A DNA stretch of 64,000 bases from Asterias rubens (Eukaryota): NCBI RefSeq assembly GCF_902459465.1, contig NC_047070.1:14632001-14696000 (forward strand), read 5' to 3'. The notes below the pieces were generated by a model. It made no database searches and was not told where the DNA came from. It saw only the letters and a list, made by a program, of their open reading frames with translations. The position numbers and the translations under genes are program-made. Positions 23,601-33,900 of this stretch are shown here, piece after piece (position 1 is the first letter of the stretch; each line of letters begins with the position of its first letter).

Positions 23601-26600
23601 ACAATGGCCCCGACCAGGAATCGAACCGGGGTCACCGTGGTGAGAGGCGAACGCTTTACGCACAAGCCAACCGTGCCACCCAAATACTTCAAGGCATTAA
23701 GGTAAAATAGTACAGAGATTCGTTATTAATTGTATAATTTATTTGGTGTGACTACACATCTAACAGCACAATAAATGCCAACATCAGGACGAATAGGAAA
23801 TAAGAAGCAATGCTCAGTTTTAGATGTGGGAGGAAAACCCCAAATGGGGGAAACCCAAGCAATCACTTAGCGACTGAAAACCCAATCCACATCCAAGGCT
23901 CCGGTCAGAGGTGAAAGGCAGAAAAAGAAACCACTGAGCAAACCTGATCCCCAACTTGTAAATTGCTACGAGGAAAACAGAATGTTTTACAGGAAATAAC
24001 AAGATAAAAGTCAGTACATAAAATAACCCTCCTCAATTTACTTCTTCCCTTACCCCAAGTTCCTCCAAGTCTTTCCCCTACTTATCAATCTACTTACAGT
24101 GATCTCTCCTGACCTTCATCCTTAAAGTTGGGTTCAGTCAAGGGTACAGCCTCCACCCTGTTCCCCTTCATACCTGACCAAATCCAAAAGAAAACCATAA
24201 ACATTTCAACTTTGTGTATAATGTACGCCATGTTTTGGTGACCCTTTATCAGAAACAAGTCTCTGACATAGAACTCATTGACCAAAACAATTTCAGAGAG
24301 TTACGCGAAAACGGGTCTGTAAACAGAAACAGTTCAAGGCATAGGCAGTTATCTTGAAAAGTAATAACATTTCAGAGCTATTCAAAAATGGGTCTGTAAC
24401 CAGCAAAGTTCATGACACTTGAAAATTAATGTTCCAAAAAACACAATGCCTTTTTTTGTTTATAATTAATGGCACTTAGTCTTTAAAAAAGTTATATTCA
24501 CTTAAAGGCTCACCTCTACACTTGCAGAATTTCCATGCGGTCAACACGATGGTTAGTAAGATAACAGGGCCAAGAGAGACAATAATGATAATGACACAAT
24601 CGGGAAAAGGTGGCTGCAGACAAAACAAAAAGAAAAAAATAGTAATGATAATAATAGTTGCTTTTATATAACACCCAAGCAGATCCTTGCCATTTGATTG
24701 GAGGATTGTCCGTCACGTGATAGCAAATAAAAGTACCATTGCACGCTGAGTCACTCACCGTGCTTTTTCGTTCCATCCGAAAAGTACCATTGCACGCTGG
24801 CAGCGTGCAATGGTACTTTTCGGATGGAACGAAAAAGCTGAGTAAAAACATCACTGCGTGCGCGTGTCTTTGGTAACGCAGCAGGTGTTACTGCAAGAAG
24901 GCATAGTAAAATTACTAGCATTCGGCTTCTACAGTTGAAATTGTTTGTTTTGAAAGTTGTATCTTTCAATCAAAATTACAAAGTTCTACTTGGATGTTAT
25001 ATAAAACAAATAATGAATGTTTTTCATTCGTGCAATGGTGCGAATATGTTCATTCGTTGAAAGCTGGAATGTTCCATTCAACTCGGCTCTGCCTCGTTGA
25101 ATAGAACATTCCATCTTTCAACTCATGAACATATTCGCACCATTGCACTCATAAACATTCATTATGTGTATACTATAGTGCTCAAATCAATCGCTCAGTG
25201 ATGCTCCTTGGTGCTTTAGCATTCACTATTCTTACTGCAAGGTATATGCAGAGTTACTGTGTTAAAGTATGAGACCAATTTACAAAGCACCATGCAATGG
25301 TTTACAAGGTGCTGTGGCGCAATATGCAGCCAATCAAACAAGAAACATCGCAGCGACCCCCTTCTCTTTACGATAAATGCACTGGGTTTTATTACATGCA
25401 TTTAACAGCACATCCAACCTTAAAAATAATAAATTCAAGATTGTACGTTTTGAGATGTGTTTGAGTTCAACAGTCCCCAATTGCATAGAGCTGCTTATTA
25501 GCACAAAAAGGAGCTAAGCACAACAAGATAATGCTTACTAGAATAAGATTAAGATTACAAACCAAACTTTCATGTCACTTGTCCAATACCTGACTGGTAG
25601 CCTGCTAAGCAGTAAATTGCTAAGCAATCCTGCCTAAAGTACTGGTCTCAGCAATAAACTGACGGTGTCATACATTTACTTTAACGTTCACGTTAAATAA
25701 AGATTTAATTAGGACAGTGAATTGTGAACCTTACCGCTTTTTTTGCCTGTATTTCTGTTGTGGTAGCCTGGAAAAAAGGAAAAGAAATTGGATTGTCTGT
25801 GATAGGACTACAAAGGATGAAGTTTGTGATAATTTACATCAACTGTCAACTTTCTTGAAATTTTGGTTTTACCCTTACGCCGATGTGTGTTAGCACTGTA
25901 TATTCATTTCCCAAGTTTTGTGAAAAAAACACAGGCATATTACTCGGGTGAGATTTGAACCCACGACCTTTGCAATTCTAAAGCAGTGTCATACCAACTA
26001 GAACACCGGGAAAGTACTAAGTATACAGTGCTCACACACATCGGTGTCAGGGTTAAACCAAAATTAATATTCTTTATCAACAATGCAAGTTTTACATCTA
26101 ATAAATTGTTGCGGTACCCGCTGCCAAAACATAGGATAAATTTTCGGTAGTCTAGTTGGTAAGTCACTGCTCTAGAATTGCAAAGGTCTTGGGTTTCCAA
26201 TCCCACCCGAGTACTAAGCCTGTGATTAATAAGACCCATAAGTTACAAGACTTACCGCTGTCGTTTCAGATGGTTCTGTCGTCTTCATAGCATGGAGAGA
26301 AAAACATTTGAAAAGACTTCATTAACTGTATACATTGGATGGTATTTTGATGCTGCAAAGAATGCTGATGCTGCAAAGAATGCTTATTATTATTTGGAAT
26401 ATGACTGCTTTATGGTGAGTGACTGAAAGTCAATAAATGTGCAGTTTGTAATAATTATCAATATAAACCACGAGGGAAACTGACTGAGTAAATTTTCAAA
26501 TGATTTTTAGGGTTGAACAAAGAATTGACTAGAGTGGGGTTCGAACCAACGACCTCCGGATTAACGTGCCGACGCTCTACCAACTGAGCTATCTAGCCCT

Positions 26601-29600
26601 ATATTGGTGGTGTCCCTATTTTGTCAATGTCTAGTCAATTCTTTGTTCAACCCCGAAAATCATTTCAAAATTTACCCAGTCAGTTTCCTTTGTGGTTTAT
26701 ATTGATATCTGAAACAAAAAGTCGCATCCCCTTAAGGTGATCCCCTGGCTGCCGCTTCCCAGGTTGTATCGTAATTTGGGTGTGATCCCTGGCTACACGG
26801 CAGTTAACGGTTGTATGGCTTCTGACTGGCACCCTGAACAAAGATATTGACAAAATAGGGACACCACCAATCTATGGCTAGATAGCTCAGTTGGTAGAGC
26901 GCCGGCACGTTAATCCGGAGGTCGTTGGTTCGAATCCCACTCTAGTCAATTCTTTGTTCAACCCCAAAAATCGTTTGTAATAATTGTAAGACTCGTAAAT
27001 CTTACCACTGTTGTTGCTGTTATTTCAAGCATTTCCGTCGTTGTAGCCTGGAAAAAAAAAAATGAGAAAGACATCATTGAATAATTGTATAGTAGCCCGC
27101 TTTGCAAGAACGGCCCTTATGTTCCAAAATTGACTTTTGGAGATCAAACATAGAGGAAAAGGTCATACTCTAAGCTTTAATGTTGTGTCTGTTGGAGCTC
27201 TGCAGCATCTTGCACTCTGGAGACTGACAATATTATACATTGTAAAGATTTTAGTAAAGTACAGGCCTGTATGCTTCGTTTTTGAAAGGGCAAGGACACC
27301 AAGGCATTTTCTCTTTGGCAAAGGGCACCTTATGAGGAAATTGTAAATTTCTACTGGAGCATTTCAAGGGCACCAAGACAATGGCAAGGGGATTGCCTCC
27401 GTTGCCTCCGTGAAGTATCAGGCCTAGTACCCTAGCAACAAACACTTTCTTGCTAGAATTTGCTTCTGAAATTTAAAAAGACATAATGGGGGTGTCGTGG
27501 CCGAGCAAATAAGGGTACCGAACTCAAGCTCTGGTGTTTCTGTTTAGCAGAGTGTGGGTTCGAGTCCCGTTCGTGACACGTACTTGTGTCCCTGAGCAAG
27601 ACACTATACTTAAAACTATAATTGCTTCTCTCCACCCAGGGGTAAATGGGTACCTGTGAGGGCAGAGATAGTTCTTGTGATTAGTTTAATAGCTTAGTAG
27701 CGCATATTTGTTGCACAGGCTTCACACTCAGAAAGCTGAAATGGTTTAAGGAATGAATTAAATGGCCCAGTGACCAGAGGTAATAAAGTTGGAAGCGCTT
27801 TGAGACGCCCTTCGGATGTGTAAAGCGCTATATAAAAATCAATTATTACTATTGTAAAAGTTATCCTGCACAGGTAGAAAAATTACACAGCAATGTTCTT
27901 TTCAATTTATTCAAAATCTGTTAATGTGTAAACTTACCTCTTCGCCGTATGTTACCGCGCCCACCTGTAGGTATTGGACTGGGGTTAGAGTGTAGCCATT
28001 GAACGTCAGAGTAATGTCACCAGACTGAATGTCGCTCCAAATTTCCTCCTGGGTGGCATTCAAGTCTCCTTGGATGTCAAACGAGACAAGAATGGATCCT
28101 AGGATTGGAAGAGAAGACTTCATGAAGTTGTCCAAAGCAATAAAAAGGTAGAATTCTTAACAATAAAAACTTCCAACAAAATAACGAGGCAAAATGCAAA
28201 CAAATTTTACAAGTTGACGTTGAGTGTATAAATGTATCATTGGACGATAGCTGTTCTTTGTGGGTAAAAATGTTCCCGTGACCTCAGCATACTTGTAGCA
28301 TTTGGCGTTATGCAAGGGGATCTATTGGTTTCTATTGCCCCCTGCACAAAAGCAAAACGCACCTTCGAACAATGCACATCTTTTCCGGAGTAAAATCTCT
28401 TGTGCTTAATTTTGTGCATGATTTTTACTCCCAAAATAGTGTAAGGAAAAATGGCATTTGCTGCACGTTGTGCAATAGGTCTAAATGTATATATGCCAGT
28501 GGAGTGAGTGGTGCAAAAACACAAACTTAAATGTGAACAAACATGCATTATACCTCCAGCTAATGTTCTTGTTAGCAACTGAACCGTTTGTTTATGAAGT
28601 TACCTTAAACTCAAGCAAGTGTTTTAGCTGTAGCAAGCACAAAAATGACTTTTCAGTAAAATAGCTTCATGACATTGGGCTCTAAGTTTACTAGACTGGC
28701 AATGTCCTGTGCACAAAGTGCACAAAGGGGCTAAATTACCTCTCTCGACTGATACATTGCTGATCTTAACACCGCTATATCTGGCTCCAAAGTAATTCAG
28801 AACGTAAATCTCAAGCTGAGCCTCGAACCCGGCCGCCACCAGATCGTAATCTCCCGGTAACAGCAGTTTGAGCCGACGCACTGGCCCAGTGTAGTAAAGC
28901 TGCTGATTGGACACCACATCGAAGGAGTCGACCAATAGGGTCAGCTCGTAGACACTTGAAGGCACTGTCACCACGGCGACCTTTAGGACATAGCTGAAGC
29001 CGGTCGCGTCGATAGTCAGGTTGGTGAAATTAGCCTGGCCAGTGCTGAGGTCAAAGGTTGTTTCTAGTTGACCTCCTAGCTGACCTATGTAGTTGGTAGG
29101 CATGAAGAGGGCCATTGTGGCATGCCACTCAAGTCCCTGTAGATCATGGCAATAAAAAAAATATTAACTCTTGAAATTTGCCAGTTTAAAATTGTATTAC
29201 TTGTCCGTTCACTCTTTTGGTCACCATAAAATCACCTATTGACTGGCAGGTCTGAGGAGAGCCAGTTAATAGTATTGTCATCAAGGGTCATCAGCACTAT
29301 TTGGGGGTCCAAAGATTTTGCACTCCTTGATTAATAAGACTGGGTGGAGCTGCACAAACACAGATCAGAAGTAGCAGTGCAAATTTTGCAAGGATTCTGT
29401 TTGGTACGACTGTATCGTTGCAAATTTTGCACTGCTATTTTACTACTGATTCTTAGCTAAGACTGGTGCAAGTCTCGGGCATATTTTATTTTCTAGTGGG
29501 TTTTCAATAGAGTTATTATATACAAGAACTAGAGGGCGCACTGGTGATGCTTCTTGCACAAACGCGACGGGACCTCATGGAGACACGCGCACCATTATGC

Positions 29601-30881
29601 AGGCGCGTTGAATATGAAGAATACATTGGAGTTTGTGTTTATTGAACGCTGACGCAATGCTGTTTTGTCAACTTACAAAATGGCCGCACAAACACACGCT
29701 AAGCAATACCTGTTTGTTCAACTTAGAAAATGGCCGCCTGCGCACATACGGGGCGCGTATATAGTACGGGGCGCGTATATAGGTCAGTGCGCCCTCTAGT
29801 TCTTATATATAACTCTATGGTTTTGTGTGATCTCACCTTGGTCATGAGGTCTCTATAAGGAATCATCAGCGTAATCTCATCTCTCAGCTCAATGATCACC
29901 TCAAAGGTTGTGTTTTCATTCACCATGTCCGGTGCCCTCAACGCCGACAGGTAATACGGCCGCACGGCCACGTCGAAGGCATTGGAACTGACCGCAAGAC
30001 TGGATGTGTTGGGCTTGGTGACCGCAAAGTCTAAAATGACTCCTGATACAGTCAAGTTCATAGTCAGATCTGTGAAGTTGGCCCAGCCACTGATGAATGA
30101 CACGGTCAGGTTTCCTGAGAGCTGGCCGCTTGTACTTGATGGATTCATCGATGCCGTAACTTGCCAGGGATTTGAGGCAATTCCAAGTTGGGGGATCATA
30201 ATTCCCTGTAGGAAGGTAAAATCAGTTGTTTGATCAATGATGACAATAATTATGATACTTAAGTTAGCTTTTGACCCCAACGTTTCCTGCAGGAAAAAAA
30301 TCTGCACAAAGATACATAGACAAGTTTTATCAACGATCCTGGGCCAAGTTTCATAAAGCCAGTCTGTAAGCACAGAACAAATTTACTTAACAGAAACTGG
30401 ACACGAGCCAAAATTCTACAAAGTTAACCGAGTTGCAACTTGTGCCCCACAAAATGTTTGCTTGGCAAAGAAAATCGCTATTAAGCAGTATTTTCTGCTC
30501 AACAGCTTTATGAAATTGGGCCCTGCTGTTGATTTCACCAATTTCTTTCTAATTTAGGGTTAATCTTAGGACGAGTTAAGTTCTGTATTAATAGGCCTTA
30601 AGGAGCCGTTTGAACACATCCTAAGTTAGGACGAGTTACCTGTCCAAACTCGAGATTGGATTAATCCTAGCGTTTTGTGAAATCGGCTGCTGGACTCTTA
30701 CCAGTGCATCCACGGCATAAATTAAGGGCTGTTGAATGAAGGGAGCTCTCTCTCTGGCCTCATCAGGTTGTGTGTAGATGACTAGGGATTCTGCAGTGCG
30801 GTAGACAACCTCAACTACAAACTCAGCATACTGTTTCTCTTCGATCTTATGCTGTATCTCAGAAACCCTGACAGAAACAAA

Positions 30882-30914
<33 letters not shown>

Positions 30915-33900
30915 GAATATTTATAAGGCGCCAAAATCCACCATTAGGTGCTCAAGGCGCACAAGAGGGGAAACCACACACAGCAAAGGAAAGTTAAGCA
31001 TAAAAAGGATAAGTTTGGTGAGCAGAAAAGACAACGTGGAAACAAATGCAGACCAGTTTGAGCCGTGTGAAATACATCGCGTGGTGTGTCATGACCGAGC
31101 AGATAAGAGCACCGGACTCAAGCTTTGGTGTTTCTGATCAGCAGAGTCTGGGTTCGAGTCCCAGTTGTGACACTTGTGTCCTTAAGCAAGACACTTAACC
31201 ATTATTGCTGTGCCTTTAGATGGGACGTAAAGCCATAGGTCCTGGGTGTTGAATATTTCTCGTAAAAGAACAAAGTGCACTTATCGTAAAGAGAAGGGGT
31301 TCGCCCCTGTATTCCTGGTCTATGAAGGAATAGGTCTCATGCTTAAAAAATGTAGCTTCAAACAACAAAGCTTACAAAGGTCCACTTTTGTCTGGTGCTT
31401 TGATTGCTCAACACATCCTTTATGATTCCAAAGAAATATCCAACATGAAGAAGAGACTCTACTCACGTTTTGGTCCCGTTGGGTACATCACTGGACCCGC
31501 CTGTTTCATTGGTGGCATGCACACCTCCTGTGGGATCGACGGGTTCTGCAACTGGGTCGGTCATAGACATGGAGGTAATCGTGATGTTCAGTAAACCTCC
31601 GAGGCTTCCTGACTGTAAGTCGTCAACCAATAAAGACTGGACCTCAACCAATTGGTCAAAGTTTAGGGCGGTACCTGGTGCTGATGCTACAAAGTACAGA
31701 GAAAACATTTGCACAAAGTAATGGATAAAGTCTTTAACATGAATTCCATTTTCATTTCAAATTAATAACACAGAAAGAAAACAAAACTTCATAAAGACAA
31801 ATAGTTTTCAGAATGTTGCTTGGGGTCCATTTACTTCTATTTCATCTTACTAAGCTCGTCTTTGATACAAATTATGAATCAACTCATATTATTTTGTGTC
31901 TCTTCGTTTTTCTTTTGGGTTAATGAAATTTAGAACCAATGTTTGGGGACAAACATCTCAAGTTTACTGAAAACACTTTCAACCACCAGTTCTTTTTAGA
32001 ATCAACATACTCAAAAAAGATTTACACATGGTGTTACTCCAAACCTCACCAGATTATTAAAAATAAATACAAAATAAATACTCCCACCATGCCAAGTTTC
32101 CAATTCTATTTAGAAAACACTTTATTTAATTTGTTCAGTCAAATGAAAGACTGAATCTTCAGTCCTGAATACTCACTTGGGACATTTTGTGGGGCCGGTG
32201 TAGTTGCATTAACGCTCGTGTCATTCTGAGTTGTCTCTGAGCCAGGTGACTCAATTATTGGCACTGGCGGAGGCCCGATCTCAATCACCACCTCTGTTTC
32301 GCCGCCAACAGCACGGCGTCGTCGACGTCCACTCGCCTCGCTGACCACATCCACGATGCGGATCTGCGACTTATCCACGTTGAGCAGTCCGGCGAGATTC
32401 CGTATAAGATTCACCTCGAAGAAGTCGTCGACGGTCACGGCGGGGACACCGAAGGTGACCATGATGACGGCAGTGGTGCGGATCTCAATGGGCACTGGAC
32501 CCTTTATAAGCATCCACAGGGTCTGGGTTGTACGATCAAAGTAGTTCTCGCCATAAACACTAGAAGTGACGGAGGGATTGTATTGGTCGGCGGGTAGGTT
32601 AGGATCCTTGGCCTTCCAGGTGAAGTCGCCGGTGCTGAAGTCGGCATTGTTGGGGTTAACGTACCGATTCTGAAATACAAGTATCTGGGTTTTCTTATAC
32701 AATTTTTGAAGCGAGAAATACTTCTGGTTTAATAGATGGGTTGCACATGCTGTCATTGACCTACATCGTTGACAAAACGTGTTAGTGTGAAAGGATTTTA
32801 TTGGCTGAGAGTTGTGCGCAGTAATCCATCTATATAATGTAAGGGACAATACTTTAATATACAATCTTCAATAAACACACAATCAAACCAAACTGTGTAA
32901 GTTTCATCAAATTGGATGGTCAAACTTATTGAAAACAACAAATTAAAGTTCATATTTAGTTAAAAGTTTTTCTGTCAACTTGAAGAAACTGAAAGAAAGA
33001 TATAGGATTTGAGGCATTGCATGGTAAGGTATCAATATATATTTGGTTTGCTGCAACACCATGTGTGTATCTACTTGCCAGGTAGAGTTTGTTCATAGAG
33101 GACTGTCTTTCTTTATTCTACTACTGCGGAGTAGATTGTTCAGGTTTTCGGGAGACTTCTCAGTTCTGAAAAGAACTGTCCTGCTTTTTAACAATTACTC
33201 CGGCAGATGGTATAGAAAATAGGCTGGGACTACTACTTTAGCGTAAAGGATCGTAATTAACTGTACTACCGCGCAGTCAGTTCTTAAATTGGTCTCAACG
33301 TTTTGACTAGCTTGCTTTAGTCATCGTCAGGAGACTGAAAGAAAGATATTGTACAAGGAAATGTTACCCGATAATAAACATCCAATCGTTGGGGATTGGC
33401 GTACCAGATTCCAATCACAACTGCTTGGCTATCAAGAGAGTTTATCAGATGGAAACGAAGAGTCTGGGGATTGGTGCTGGTGAAGTACACCTCATACTCC
33501 TTCCCAGTGGCTATCAAGGTATAGAACGTACTGATACGCTCCTGGCATGTGTACCTGTAGAAGAGAGTACAAGGTTGAGAAATTTGAGATTTAGGAAAAC
33601 TGATTTTTGCCAGTCTCGGGTCACGTTGAGTCCCATGGTCCGAGTCCAAGTAAGGGTGCTTCAATAATAATAATAATAATAACCATATTTATAACGCGCC
33701 TTTTGCCAAAGGATACAAAGCGCCAGGTATTATTACTGCAAGGAGTGGGCATAGTTTGAGATATAAGATCTAATCCTTAGCACCATGTAATGGTTTACAA
33801 GGTGCTGTGGCGCAATATGCTGCCAATCCGGCCAGGAACACTGGGGCAAACCCCTTCTCTTTACTATAAGTGCACTGGGTTCTTTTAAATGTGTTTACAC

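Noticed and set aside
21875-24969. Duplicated ORFs MKDTTFKTNNF... and MERKSTVSDSACNGTF...
   Set aside because: They arise from the palindromic repeated element; no protein motifs
26526-26948. Two functional tRNA-Asn genes
   Set aside because: C33, stem mismatches, no T-run terminator, and embedded in a TSD-flanked multi-copy element; treated as SINE heads
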